A stretch of 64,000 bases of DNA from Candidatus Latescibacterota bacterium (GTDB taxonomy: Bacteria > Latescibacterota > UBA2968). Of the stretch, positions 1 to 9,827 are shown piece by piece. The DNA lies in assembly GCA_965198115.1 (NCBI GenBank), contig OZ240241.1, positions 3,072,001 to 3,136,000 of the forward strand, written 5' to 3'. How positions within the stretch are numbered: position 1 is the stretch's first letter; the number at the start of each line of letters is the position of its first letter. Both the position numbers and the translations under genes were made by a program. Below the pieces are notes generated by a model. That model did not search any database. It was not told the origin of the DNA and saw only the letters and a list, made by a program, of their open reading frames with translations.

Positions 1-839
1 AGAATCCGATCGATCGCGTCCGCCGTCTCGAGGGGCGATCGACGCCCGAAGCAAATGAACGCCTGCTTGCCCACGGCGGGAACGAGCGCCTCTGTCCCCC
101 GTGCAACGAACAGACCCAGGCCATCGAGGGTATAGGGTGGGTCCGTGAAGAAAACATCGAACGTCCGCTCCATCCTGTCGGGAAGCGGAGACCGAAGGTC
201 GTGGTGAATCGCCTCGATCGGAAGACTTTCGCGCGATGCCGTCTCGTTGATGAATGAAACGAGACGGGTATCGACCTCGGCGACGGACAACTCGTGGGAG
301 CCCAACCCTAGTTCGCGCGCCGTCAGCGCGACGGCTAACGAAGTCAGGTCGTCATCACCCAGGAAAATGACGCGCCGTCCTTCGATCGCGTCATTTTCGT
401 AGAGGTAGACCGCACGCCGAACGATCGTGTCGCACGTCGCGTGCGACTGATCCAACGTCTGGTCCACGCCAGGACGATGGGAAGCGAAGTCTTCAAGGGC
501 TTCTGAAACGGACTCGAGCCCGAGGGGCGTCTCGGGCAAAGGCGTGGGAAAGATCCGACGGCACCTGAGTCCAACTTCGGTCTCGACGATCCGCACGCCC
601 GCATCGGTCAGCGCGATGCCCGCGCCCCTCGTGAGCAGACCCCGCCCTTCCAGCTCACCCCGAACCGCCGCGATCACGGGTACCGGAATACCAAGGTCCC
701 GTGCCACATCGCGAATTGGCACGGGACCACGGCGAAGAACGGTTCTCAACAAGCGCCGAACACCCTCTGGGCCTTCGGCGAGATGCGCGGCTTCCGCGAC
801 GTCGACAAGCAGGCTACGCCCGGCGGAAGCTTCCGACAA
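1..839 (-). CDS. Branched-chain polyamine synthase (BpsA/DUF43 family) with N-terminal HTH-like extension; 3' end runs off the window
   Basis: Manual translation from TTG at 839 gives MSEASAGRSLL...RPGVDQTLDQSHAT...RVIFLGDDDLTSLAVAL...FDVFFTDPPYTLDG. GDDD and TDPPYT are BpsA-family motifs. Absent from the ORF track because it has no stop in the window. Confidence 0.8.
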   Translation of the reverse strand, partial: MSEASAGRSLLVDVAEAAHLAEGPEGVRRLLRTVLRRGPVPIRDVARDLGIPVPVIAAVRGELEGRGLLTRGAGIALTDAGVRIVETEVGLRCRRIFPTPLPETPLGLESVSEALEDFASHRPGVDQTLDQSHATCDTIVRRAVYLYENDAIEGRRVIFLGDDDLTSLAVALTARELGLGSHELSVAEVDTRLVSFINETASRESLPIEAIHHDLRSPLPDRMERTFDVFFTDPPYTLDGLGLFVARGTEALVPAVGKQAFICFGRRSPLETADAIDRI

Positions 840-841
840 AA

Positions 842-2050
842 TCAGTTCTTTTCGGATGAATCATCGTCCCCACTCGACTCGCCCTCATCCGAATCGTCTC
901 CTTCGGATGCTACGTCCGAGGTCTCACTCTCGGATGAGGCGTCATCCTTGTCGTCGAGACTCGAAAAGTCCAGATCGTCCATGTCCGGATCTTCCCATTC
1001 GAGCAGGTTCTCATCGTCCTTCTTCTGCCTCAGAACGACGTAAATCAAGCTCGCCCCACTCGCGTAGGCCGCCTGGACATAGGCGAGGAAGATTCCGGTC
1101 AGCAGGATCAGCATGACGGCCAGGATTCGTCCGGACCAGATGAGCGATCCGGATCTGCTGCCGCTCCCACTCGCCCAGGGCGACTCCATTTCGTCGAAGG
1201 TGTTCTGAATGATCGTGGTAAAATCGAACGGCGGCATGTAGCTCTGAGCGATCAGCATGATACTGGTCAGTTTGTCTCCCATGCCCAAACCGCACGCCCA
1301 GGTGATCAGACAAAGGGCGCAGGACATCATGCCGCTCAGCAGGACAGCTCCGATCCAGACCGAGACGAGCATCCAGGTCGTGTATGCCAGCATCCGCCAG
1401 GGCTGGCTCCAGCACATGGAGAACGACTGGATGAGAACCTCGAGCGTGTCCTCACCGACGGTACCCACGATGGCCGGTGTGAAGAGTAGCGAGGCGATGA
1501 GTGCCACGACGATGAACACGGCAACCAGCGCAGCGAAAAAGACGGGAATAAAGGCAAGCGCAAAGCCGACTTCGCCCACATACGGGATCAGTCCGGCCAG
1601 CCAACCGATGATCGCGCCTGTGACCACGAAGATGACGAGCAACACCAGCACGGCCACCGGGCCGAGGATCGCCCCGCCCCAATGTCCTTTCACGAATTTC
1701 CAGGCGTCACCCAAGGAGTAAAAGTCGTCACCGCGAAGCTGCTGATAGGTCATCTTGCACATCATGCAAGACGTGATGTAGAACACCACTGCGGCGAACA
1801 CCATCGCAAGAACGTGTAGGATCGTCCCCGTCATCGAAAGCGATTCTGGCGACGCCCCGGGAAACAGACCGTATCGATGCCAGACTTCGCCAGCCGTCGT
1901 TCCCGAAGCCACGAAGCCGATCGTCACAAGCAGCGAGTAGCCCACGTATGCCACGAGCAGCCCACAAAGCCCAGTCCAGACTTTCTTTCCCGACCAACCG
2001 AGTCGAATCACGCGGAACAGATCGCGTATGTCGAAATGGAGCTTGATCAT
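842..2050 (-). CDS. Multi-pass membrane protein with acidic low-complexity C-terminal tail
   Basis: 402-aa ORF with several hydrophobic segments and a D/E/S-rich tail; its stop abuts the BpsA-like start. Confidence 0.75.
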   Translation of the reverse strand: MIKLHFDIRDLFRVIRLGWSGKKVWTGLCGLLVAYVGYSLLVTIGFVASGTTAGEVWHRYGLFPGASPESLSMTGTILHVLAMVFAAVVFYITSCMMCKMTYQQLRGDDFYSLGDAWKFVKGHWGGAILGPVAVLVLLVIFVVTGAIIGWLAGLIPYVGEVGFALAFIPVFFAALVAVFIVVALIASLLFTPAIVGTVGEDTLEVLIQSFSMCWSQPWRMLAYTTWMLVSVWIGAVLLSGMMSCALCLITWACGLGMGDKLTSIMLIAQSYMPPFDFTTIIQNTFDEMESPWASGSGSRSGSLIWSGRILAVMLILLTGIFLAYVQAAYASGASLIYVVLRQKKDDENLLEWEDPDMDDLDFSSLDDKDDASSESETSDVASEGDDSDEGESSGDDDSSEKN

Positions 2051-2124
2051 GAGCAGTTCTCCGAGCAGGAGTCAGACGAGTGAGGGGGGAATCGCGAGGC
2101 GTAAGGCGTTGAATGACCGCTTCG

Positions 2125-2153
2125 ATTATGAGGTGGGCCCCAGGAGAAGTCAA
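2125..2153 (-). promoter_or_regulatory. Putative sigma70 promoter for the 842-2050 operon
   Basis: TTGACT-N17-CATAAT on the minus strand. Confidence 0.55.
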
Positions 2154-2379
2154 GGGAAAAGCCCTTGAAAGAGAATCGTCGAACCCGACACCAAAATCGC
2201 CGCGCGAGAGGAACAACCAAAGCCTCTCACGCGGCAAATTTTCACACGGCGACGACCGTCTCGCGAAGCCACAAAGGACTCCGCCACAGTGACGGATCGT
2301 GTGCCGCTCGGTGACCGAGTTAGATTAGCCAGGTGCGCTGCCAGCGTTCTGCCTCACAGCCTGGCGCACGCACCTAACT

Positions 2380-3753
2380 GAGCTATAATCAAAAGGTGTG
2401 GAAAAAGAGAAAGGGCGACCCTACCCTTCCCGTGAGATAGTTGATTCACACAAAACCGGGTGAGAGGCCCGGTTGGGAAGGAGGATCGCCGTGAAGGAAC
2501 ATACGCATAGAGCCCCATTGAAGTCCATGCCGACGTGGGAGACGGTTGACGATTGGATCCGTGAAGAGATCCAGGGCCGGTTCCAGTCCATTCTGGAGGA
2601 GGAGGCGACCGCGTTCTTGGGCCGGTCGTGGTATGAGCGCCGAGCCGAGGTCGATAGCTCCAGGGGCTACAGGAACGGCTACGGCAAGCCCCGGCGTCTC
2701 TCGACGAGCTGCGGAACGATCAAGGTCCGGCGTCCCCGGGTTCGTGGTCTGGAAGAGCGGTTTGAAAGCCGCATCCTCCCCCTGTTCGCCCGGAGAACCA
2801 GGGCCATTGGAGATCTGCTTCCCGACCTTTATCTCCACGGTCTCTCCCAGGGCGACTTCGAGTTGTCTTTGCGTGCGCTGCTCGGTGATGGCGCGCCGCT
2901 TTCGCCGACCTCGATCGCTCGTCTTCGAGGGAAGTGGGAGGTCGACTTCCAGGACTGGAAAGAAAGGCGTCTGGATAATCGCGAACTGGTCTACGCCTGG
3001 GCTGATGGCATCTACGTCAAAGCCGGGCTCGAGCGCGAGAAGGCGTGTCTGCTGGTCGTGATCGGCGCGATGAGCGACGGCAGCAAGGAGATCCTGGCGA
3101 TAGAACCCGGTTATCGAGAGTCTACAGAATCCTGGCTCACGGTGCTACGGGATCTCCGGGATCGCGGGCTCGAACATCCTGTCCTGATCGCCGCGGACGG
3201 GAATATGGGCATCTGGGCGGCCGTTGATCAGGTCTGGCCAGAGAGCCGGCAACAACGGTGCTGGAACCACAAGATCCTCAACGTGCTCGACAAGGTCGCC
3301 AAGCGTGCACAGGCTGAAGCCCGCGCACTGCTCGTCCAGATCCCCTATGCCGGCACGAAAAAGGAGGCCGAGAAGCTCCGGAAACGCTTTGCCGCACGGT
3401 ATCGCTCACAGTTCCCTGCCGCCGTGGAGACGCTCGAAAGAAACTGGGATCGGATGGTCACGTTCTACGACTTCCCGAAGGAACACTGGAAACACCTGAG
3501 AACCACGAACGTCGTCGAGAGCCCCTTTGCTTCCGTTCGGCTTCGCACAAACGCCGCCAGGCGATTCAAGAAAGTCAGGAACGCCACGACTCTCATCTGG
3601 CGTACGCTCAAGGTCGCAGAGAGCCGATTCAGGAAACTCACCGCGCCACACTTGCTACAACAAGTCTACGATCAGAAACACTCAACCGAACCGCAGGTCG
3701 AAGCCGGGAAGATGGCCGCCTGATTTCTTTTACACACCTATTGACCTGAGCTC
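2380..3753 (+). mobile_element. IS256-family element, copy 1 (1374 bp)
   Basis: Imperfect terminal IRs GAGCTATAATCAAAAGGTGTG / GAGCTCAGGTCAATAGGTGTG; 9-bp TSD CACCTAACT at 2371-2379 and 3754-3762. Confidence 0.95.
2473..3723 (+). CDS. IS256-family (Mutator-type) transposase
   Basis: Motifs GYRNGY, WADGIY, AADG, QRCWNHK, LRTTNVVES. Confidence 0.95.
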   Translation: MGRRIAVKEHTHRAPLKSMPTWETVDDWIREEIQGRFQSILEEEATAFLGRSWYERRAEVDSSRGYRNGYGKPRRLSTSCGTIKVRRPRVRGLEERFESRILPLFARRTRAIGDLLPDLYLHGLSQGDFELSLRALLGDGAPLSPTSIARLRGKWEVDFQDWKERRLDNRELVYAWADGIYVKAGLEREKACLLVVIGAMSDGSKEILAIEPGYRESTESWLTVLRDLRDRGLEHPVLIAADGNMGIWAAVDQVWPESRQQRCWNHKILNVLDKVAKRAQAEARALLVQIPYAGTKKEAEKLRKRFAARYRSQFPAAVETLERNWDRMVTFYDFPKEHWKHLRTTNVVESPFASVRLRTNAARRFKKVRNATTLIWRTLKVAESRFRKLTAPHLLQQVYDQKHSTEPQVEAGKMAA

Positions 3754-3756
3754 CAC

Positions 3757-3792
3757 CTAACTACAGCCACCTCCACTGGTCATGTCTGTCAT
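3757..3792 (-). other. Candidate 11-aa micro-ORF MTDMTSGGGCS with extended SD
   Basis: AGAAAGGAGGTGGTCC at 3794-3809 (minus), with AGGAGG 7 nt before the ATG; promoter just upstream. Confidence 0.5.
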
Positions 3793-3819
3793 CGGACCAC
3801 CTCCTTTCTGTGTAGGCCC

Positions 3820-3848
3820 AACATAGGCCGCACAAAATTCGAAGTCAA
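3820..3848 (-). promoter_or_regulatory. Putative sigma70 promoter driving the micro-ORF transcript
   Basis: TTGACT-N17-TATGTT on the minus strand. Confidence 0.55.
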
Positions 3849-3859
3849 TCCGCAAGCCC

Positions 3860-4750
3860 CTAATCGATTGTCACCCGCCTGGGATCGAACGTGTCCCGGA
3901 GGCCATCACCCAGCAGGTTGAACGACAGAACGGTCACGAAGATCGCGCACCCGGGATACGTCAGCACCCAGGGTGCGCTCAGAATCAACTCGCGGCCTCC
4001 GCTCAGCATGGCCCCCCACTCTGGAATCGGTGGCTGTGCACCCAGTCCCAGAAAGCTCAGGCCAGCAGCATCCAGAATCGCTGTTGCGAGACCGAGCGTG
4101 GCCTGTACGATCAGAGGGGCGAGGCAATTCGGCAGGACGGCCGTCGCGACGATCCGTGCGTCGCCTGCTCCCAGCGCCCTGAGCGCCTGTACGTAGTCGG
4201 CTTCGCGAACCGTCAACGTCGATGCCCGAACGAGCCGCGCATATTGGGGAATGGCCACGATGCCGACGGCCAGCATCGCGTGATTCAACCCAGGACCCAG
4301 AATGGCGACGATGCCGATCGCCAGGAGAATGCTCGGAAACGCCAGCATCACATCCATCACACGCATCAGGACCTGGTCGACCGCACCTCCCCTGTAGCCC
4401 GCGATCAAACCGATGGCGGTCCCGATCGAAAGGGCTACACCGACGGCCGCCAACCCGATCTGCAACGAAATCCGACTGCCGTAAACCACGCGGCTAAAAA
4501 TGTCGCGGCCAAAGTCGTCAGTCCCGAACGGATGCTCCCACGAAGGGGGCGAAAGCCGACCGTAGAGATCCTGGGCGAGCGGATCCTGAGTCGCGATCCA
4601 GGGGGCGAAAACCGCGATGACCAGAAAGAGCATCAACAAAAGTCCTCCAGCGACGGCCGACCGATTCGTGCGGTAGCGCCGCCAGAGATGGGAAAGACCA
4701 CTCGTGTGCGCCGGCAGTGCGCCAACTTCGGTGGTGGGGAGATCCTTCAC
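3860..4750 (-). CDS. dppC: Dipeptide/oligopeptide ABC transporter permease (DppC-like)
   Basis: HPFGTDDFGRDIFSRVVYG, EAA-like loop YVQALRALGA, SFLGLG..PEWG. Confidence 0.9.
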   Translation of the reverse strand: MKDLPTTEVGALPAHTSGLSHLWRRYRTNRSAVAGGLLLMLFLVIAVFAPWIATQDPLAQDLYGRLSPPSWEHPFGTDDFGRDIFSRVVYGSRISLQIGLAAVGVALSIGTAIGLIAGYRGGAVDQVLMRVMDVMLAFPSILLAIGIVAILGPGLNHAMLAVGIVAIPQYARLVRASTLTVREADYVQALRALGAGDARIVATAVLPNCLAPLIVQATLGLATAILDAAGLSFLGLGAQPPIPEWGAMLSGGRELILSAPWVLTYPGCAIFVTVLSFNLLGDGLRDTFDPRRVTID

Positions 4751-5760
4751 GAGCGCTCCGCATATTTGATCCGTGGATCGAACCAGGCGTAGAGCAGATC
4801 GGCGATCAGGTTGATCAGCACAAAGGTCAGCGACACCAGCAGGACGCCACCCTGGATCGCTCGGAAATCACGTGCGTAAACAGCCAGAAGCAGCCAGCGC
4901 CCGACTCCAGGCCACGCAAAAATCGTCTCCGTAATGACCGCCCCACCGAGCAAATACCCGAACTGGAGACTGATCACCGTCAACACCGGGATGAACGCGT
5001 TCTTCATCGCGTGACGCAGCACGACGAGCCATTCGACCAGGCCCTTTGCGCGCGCCGTTCGCACGTAGTCTTCCTGCAACACCTCCAGCAGGCTTGAACG
5101 GGTCATGCGGGAAATCACGGCCGCGGGCACCGTCCCGAGCGTGAACGCCGGCAGGAACAGATGGTGCAGCGCATCTCCGAACGCTCGGACGTCACCTGCC
5201 AACAGGCTGTCCAACACGAACAGCCCGGTCACGGGCTCGAAATACGTCGTCGCACTCAGACGTCCCGCCACGGGGAACCAACTCACTTGCACCGCGAGCG
5301 CCAGAATCAGGATGAGTCCAAGCCAGAAGATCGGCATCGACACCCCCGCCAGCGATGCCGTCAGTCCGGCAAAGTCCCACACAGAGTTGCGTCGGGTGGC
5401 CGAAAGCACGCCGGCCGACAGTCCGATGATGCACGCGAGCAGCATACTCGCGAGAGTCAGTTCGAAGGTCGCCGGAAAGCGCGCTGCCAGTTCCTCGGCG
5501 ATGGGTGTGTGAGATTTGATCGACCGGCCCAGGTCCCCGGATGCGAGGCCCATCACGTAATGTCCCAATTGCACATACCAGGGTCGATCGAGTCCCAACT
5601 CCTGTCGAAGAAGCGCGAGACTCTCGGGCGTCGCGCGTTCCCCGAGCATCACCTGCGCGGGATCGCCCGGCACGAGGTGAACCATCAGGAACACCGCGAT
5701 CGTAATTCCGAGGAGCGTAGGCACAAGCGATATCAGACGTCTCAGCACATACCCGATCAT
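4747..5760 (-). CDS. dppB: Dipeptide/oligopeptide ABC transporter permease (DppB-like)
   Basis: PGDPA, GDLGRS, EDYVRTARAKGL, ETIFAWPGVG, DPRI. Confidence 0.9.
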   Translation of the reverse strand: MIGYVLRRLISLVPTLLGITIAVFLMVHLVPGDPAQVMLGERATPESLALLRQELGLDRPWYVQLGHYVMGLASGDLGRSIKSHTPIAEELAARFPATFELTLASMLLACIIGLSAGVLSATRRNSVWDFAGLTASLAGVSMPIFWLGLILILALAVQVSWFPVAGRLSATTYFEPVTGLFVLDSLLAGDVRAFGDALHHLFLPAFTLGTVPAAVISRMTRSSLLEVLQEDYVRTARAKGLVEWLVVLRHAMKNAFIPVLTVISLQFGYLLGGAVITETIFAWPGVGRWLLLAVYARDFRAIQGGVLLVSLTFVLINLIADLLYAWFDPRIKYAERS

Positions 5761-5823
5761 CACAGACAACGGGGCAGGACGTTCCTCAAACGACCTGCCC
5801 CGATCCTTTCGCTATGGACTCAG

Positions 5824-7398
5824 CTATCGTCTTAACGAGACATTCTGAAACCACTTGCTGCCCGTTGGATGAAGACTGAATCCCGTCACATCACGGCCGA
5901 AAGCGGCGGTCTGCGCAACGTGAACCAGAGGCGTCCACGGGGCGTCGCGATGGATGATCTCTTGGGCACGGCGGTAGAGATCGGTTCGCACCGACGTACC
6001 CACCTCAACCTGGGCCTGAACCAGAATGTCGTGAAGCTCTTCGCTGCGGTAGAACGCAATGTTGTTCGCCGGAAAGGCCGTCGCACTCTTGTCGAGCAGT
6101 ACATAGAGGAAGTTGTCCGGATCCCCGTTGTCCCCCGTCCAACCCAATAACCCCATGTCGTGCTGGCCGCGTTGGACCTTGTCCAGGTAGGTGCCCCACT
6201 CGAACGTCACGATCTCTGCATCGATCCCGACCGTGTTCAAGTCCGATTGGATCGCCTGCGCCAATTTCAGTGGTTGGGGCATGTAGGGACGTGGTACCGG
6301 CATCGCCCAGAGAGTCGTCTTGAAACCGTTGGGAAAGCCCGCCTCCGCCAACAACCGCTTCGATCGCTCCGGATCATAGGCGTAGCCCACGATGCCTTCG
6401 TGGTAGCTCCACATGGTAGGCGGTATTGGATTGACCGCCACTTCTGCGAGGCCGTGGTAGAGGTTATCGACGATCGCCTTCTTGTTGATTGCGTGGTTGA
6501 CCGCCCGTCGGACTTTAAGGAGATGAAAGGGGTGCCGGTCCATGTTCATGGCCAGATATCCGACGTTCATGCCCGCCTGCTTCAACAGCTTGAGCTTCGG
6601 GTTCGTCTCGATGTTCGGAATGAAATCGGGGACCAGATTGTCCATCCCATTAATAGCCCCCTGACTGAGCGCGATCAGTCGTACCGAGTTTTCGGGTATG
6701 CTCCTGAAAATCAGTCGTTCCACGGACGGCGCCCCGTCCCAATAGTCGAGGTTTCGTTCCAGCACGATTCGGTCGTCCTTGACCCACTGTGCAAAACGGA
6801 AAGGACCCGTTCCGATCGGATGTCGTGGGTAGTCCTCGCCCCATTTCCTCACAGCCGACGGACTCACGATCGAACAGAAGTTCATGGCCAGGTTCGACAG
6901 GAACGGAGCCGTCGGCCGGTGCAACTCGACCTCAACAATCAGATCGTCGACACCTCGGATGTTTTTCACGATATCGGACATCGACATGCTGTTCCAGTAC
7001 TGGTATGCACCCTCCACCTTGTGGTGAGGATGGTCTACCAAGAACTGACGGCCCAGGGAGAACACCACCGCATCTGTGTTCAACACCGACCCATCGTGGA
7101 ATCTCACACCCGGCCTCAGGGTGAACGTCCACGTGAGCCTATCTTCCGACACGCTCCAGGCTGTCGCCAGACCGGGTTCGACGTCCGTGCTCTCGTCCCG
7201 AAACCGGACCAGCGTATCGTAAATGTTGTCGCACACCTTGAACGACTCGCCATCCGTCTCGAGCGCCGGATCGAGGCCTACCGAGTCCCCACCCCGGCCG
7301 AAAACGAGCGTGGCGGACCGGTCTCCTCCGCAGGAAACCGTCAGAAAAACGAGTGCGAACAAGAGCGAGCGGCCTTTCATCGAATCGAAACCTTTCAT
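5824..7398 (-). CDS. dppA: ABC transporter substrate-binding lipoprotein, family 5 (DppA-like); start may be 7380
   Basis: Lipobox VSC; LATAWSVSED, FHDG, PIGTGPF, AMPVPRPYMP, GWTGDNGDPDNF. Confidence 0.9.
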   Translation of the reverse strand: MKGFDSMKGRSLLFALVFLTVSCGGDRSATLVFGRGGDSVGLDPALETDGESFKVCDNIYDTLVRFRDESTDVEPGLATAWSVSEDRLTWTFTLRPGVRFHDGSVLNTDAVVFSLGRQFLVDHPHHKVEGAYQYWNSMSMSDIVKNIRGVDDLIVEVELHRPTAPFLSNLAMNFCSIVSPSAVRKWGEDYPRHPIGTGPFRFAQWVKDDRIVLERNLDYWDGAPSVERLIFRSIPENSVRLIALSQGAINGMDNLVPDFIPNIETNPKLKLLKQAGMNVGYLAMNMDRHPFHLLKVRRAVNHAINKKAIVDNLYHGLAEVAVNPIPPTMWSYHEGIVGYAYDPERSKRLLAEAGFPNGFKTTLWAMPVPRPYMPQPLKLAQAIQSDLNTVGIDAEIVTFEWGTYLDKVQRGQHDMGLLGWTGDNGDPDNFLYVLLDKSATAFPANNIAFYRSEELHDILVQAQVEVGTSVRTDLYRRAQEIIHRDAPWTPLVHVAQTAAFGRDVTGFSLHPTGSKWFQNVSLRR

Positions 7399-7407
7399 CC
7401 GAACCTG

Positions 7408-7443
7408 AAAAAAGTCAGCGGATGCGACGTACGCACCCGCTGA
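7408..7443 (-). terminator. Rho-independent terminator
   Basis: TCAGCGGGTGCG/CGCATCCGCTGA stem followed by a U-tract on the minus strand. Confidence 0.6.
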
Positions 7444-7463
7444 AGTAGGAAGGGAAATCTCCT

Positions 7464-8462
7464 TTATTCGGCGAACGATTCGTCGAACGCACGCCCCGAG
7501 GTCGGAAAGTCCACGCTGTTCACGAACACGCAGGCCTCCTCAGCCCCGTGCTCACGGTCCATTCCGGAATCCTCCCACTCGACCGAGAGAGGCCCGTCGT
7601 AGCCGATGTCGTTCAGGGCGCGGATAATTTCCTCAAAGTCGACGGAGCCCCGACCCAGGGAGCGGAAATCCCACGCGCGATCGGGGTCGCCGAAGTTGGT
7701 ATGCCCGCCAAAAACACCTGCCCGTGTCGGGGTCATCGACAGGTAGGCATCTTTCATGTGCACGTGGTAGATGCGGTTGCTGAATTTACGAATGAATCCG
7801 ACATAGTCGACGTTCTGATAGACGAAATGACTCGGATCGTAGTTGAACCCGAACTCTCGCCGGTTCTTCAACGCCTTGACCGCGCGAGCAGCCGAGGACA
7901 CGTCGAAAGCGATCTCCGTTGGATGGACTTCGAGCGCAAACCGAATCCTGTTCTTCTTGAACACGTCGAGGATCGGGTTCCACCGGTCGGCGAAATCCTG
8001 AAAACCTGCATCGATCGACGCCGGATCGACGGGGGGAAACGAATAGAGCAGGTGCCAGATCGAAGAGCCCGTGAACCCATTCACCACCTTGACGCCGAAC
8101 GCCTTCGCCGCTTCGGCCGTCACCATCATCTCCTTGGCCGCCCGTCGCTGAACCTGCTCCGGTTTGCCGTTCCCCCACACCTTGGGCGGCAGAATCGCCT
8201 GATGACGATCGTCAATCAGGTCGCAGACGGCTTGACCGGCGAGATGGTTGCTGATCGACCAGCACTTCAGTCCGTGCTTCTCGAGCGTATCCCACTTCTC
8301 CCTACAGTACTTGTCACTCGATGCGGCCTTGTGGACGTCGAAGTGATCGCCCCAGCAACCCAGCTCGAGCCCATCGTACCCCCACTCGCTCGCCTTCTGA
8401 GCCAGCACCTCCAGCGGTAGGTCTGCCCATTGTCCTGTGAATAGCGTACACGGCCTCGCCAT
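7464..8462 (-). CDS. Sugar phosphate isomerase/epimerase (xylose-isomerase-like TIM barrel; possible 3-keto-sugar lyase or hydratase)
   Basis: [35 protein letters not shown] metal ligands. Confidence 0.85.
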   Translation of the reverse strand: MARPCTLFTGQWADLPLEVLAQKASEWGYDGLELGCWGDHFDVHKAASSDKYCREKWDTLEKHGLKCWSISNHLAGQAVCDLIDDRHQAILPPKVWGNGKPEQVQRRAAKEMMVTAEAAKAFGVKVVNGFTGSSIWHLLYSFPPVDPASIDAGFQDFADRWNPILDVFKKNRIRFALEVHPTEIAFDVSSAARAVKALKNRREFGFNYDPSHFVYQNVDYVGFIRKFSNRIYHVHMKDAYLSMTPTRAGVFGGHTNFGDPDRAWDFRSLGRGSVDFEEIIRALNDIGYDGPLSVEWEDSGMDREHGAEEACVFVNSVDFPTSGRAFDESFAE

Positions 8463-8485
8463 AATTGTCTCCGGATGAAACACAG

Positions 8486-8557
8486 GTCAGACTGAGCGGA
8501 GTCGAAGTCCGACCTCGTCGCGCAACAATGTCCCCCTTCGACTCCGCTCAGGGTGAC
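8486..8557. repeat. REP-like inverted repeat pair; a related half-copy lies near 16424-16442
   Basis: GTCAGACTGAGCGGAGTCGAAG ... CTTCGACTCCGCTCAGGGTGAC. Confidence 0.7.
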
Positions 8558-8560
8558 ATC

Positions 8561-9733
8561 CTATACCTTCGGCACCTTCGTCCAACGCTTCGTTTTCGCT
8601 GAATCCAGTACGGCTTCGAGCACAGCCTGGACCTTCGCCCCTTCGTGAAAGTCCGGGGAAACCTTTCTGTTCTTCGCAATCGCTTCCAGAAAGTCACGAA
8701 CCTCGTGGATGAAGGTGTGCTCCCACCCTATGATGTGACCGGGCGGCCACCACGCGTCGAGGTAAGGGTGCGCGCCGTTGTCTCCGACGATGATTTCGCG
8801 AAATCCCTGGGCGTGGGCGGGGTCGTCATCAGAGAAGTACTGGAGCTCATTCATTTTCTCGAGATTGAAGACGAGGCTGCCCTTGTTCCCGTTGATCTCG
8901 AATCGATTGTGGTTTCTTCTTCCTTTCGCGAAACGCGTTGACTCGAACGACCCGAGCGCTCCGTTCTTGAACCGCGCCATGAACAGGCACGCGTCCTCAA
9001 CCGTCACCTTCCCCTTCCGCTTCGACCTGCCACCCTTCGCCCCGAGCGAGGCGTCGATCGCGTCGGAAACCGGCCGTTCCTTGATGAAGGTCTCGGTCAG
9101 TCCGACCACCGAATCGATGTCGCCGACGAGGTGCATCGCGAGATCCGTGATGTGCGCATTCAGATCGCCGTGGGGGCCGGAGCCCGCCTCGCCCTTCTTG
9201 AGGCGCCACACGAGCGGAAAGTCGGGATCCATGATCCAATCCTGCAAATAAACCGCTCGCCAGTGATAAATCTTGCCGATGCGTCCTTCGGCGATCATCT
9301 GCCTGGCCAGGGCAACGGCCGGGACGCGTCGATAGTTGTAGGCAGTCAGTGTCTTCTTGCGTGTCCGCTTCAGTGCCCGGAGCACGTCTCGCGACTCTTT
9401 CAGGTTATTCGTCAGAGGCTTCTCGCAGATGACGTGCTTCCCGGCGTTCAGCGCGGCGATCACCATCGGTGCGTGCTGCCTACCCGGCGTGCACACATCC
9501 ACGATATCGATATCATCCCGTTCGACGACGCGACGCCAGCTCGTCGCCGCCTCTTCCCATCCATATTGCCCGGCTGCCGCAGTTACCGCCTCCTTGTTGC
9601 GGCCGACCAGAACCTTCATGACCGGTTCGATGCCCAGGTCCGGATAGTAATGGCTGACCTGTCGAAACGCGTTGCTGTGCGCCTTCCCCATGAATTGGTA
9701 GCCCAACAGGGCGACATTCATCCGCTTCGCCAT
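8561..9733 (-). CDS. Gfo/Idh/MocA oxidoreductase, levoglucosan-dehydrogenase-like
   Basis: GYQFMGKAHS, ICEKPL, YNYRRVPAV, YLQDW, GSGPHGDLNAH; AGGAGG RBS before ATG 9733. Confidence 0.9.
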   Translation of the reverse strand: MAKRMNVALLGYQFMGKAHSNAFRQVSHYYPDLGIEPVMKVLVGRNKEAVTAAAGQYGWEEAATSWRRVVERDDIDIVDVCTPGRQHAPMVIAALNAGKHVICEKPLTNNLKESRDVLRALKRTRKKTLTAYNYRRVPAVALARQMIAEGRIGKIYHWRAVYLQDWIMDPDFPLVWRLKKGEAGSGPHGDLNAHITDLAMHLVGDIDSVVGLTETFIKERPVSDAIDASLGAKGGRSKRKGKVTVEDACLFMARFKNGALGSFESTRFAKGRRNHNRFEINGNKGSLVFNLEKMNELQYFSDDDPAHAQGFREIIVGDNGAHPYLDAWWPPGHIIGWEHTFIHEVRDFLEAIAKNRKVSPDFHEGAKVQAVLEAVLDSAKTKRWTKVPKV

Positions 9734-9827
9734 GAAACCTCCTCGATACCGCCAAATCGCCTTCTTCAAAGTGGCGGGCAATATACACGGCCCCGCTGCC
9801 TGCTGTCAAAACGCCGGGGTGTCGGCC

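Noticed and set aside
3794-3809. 16S rRNA 3'-end fragment
   Set aside because: Similarity is limited to the anti-SD region and the flanks are not rRNA-like; better explained as an extended SD on the minus strand.
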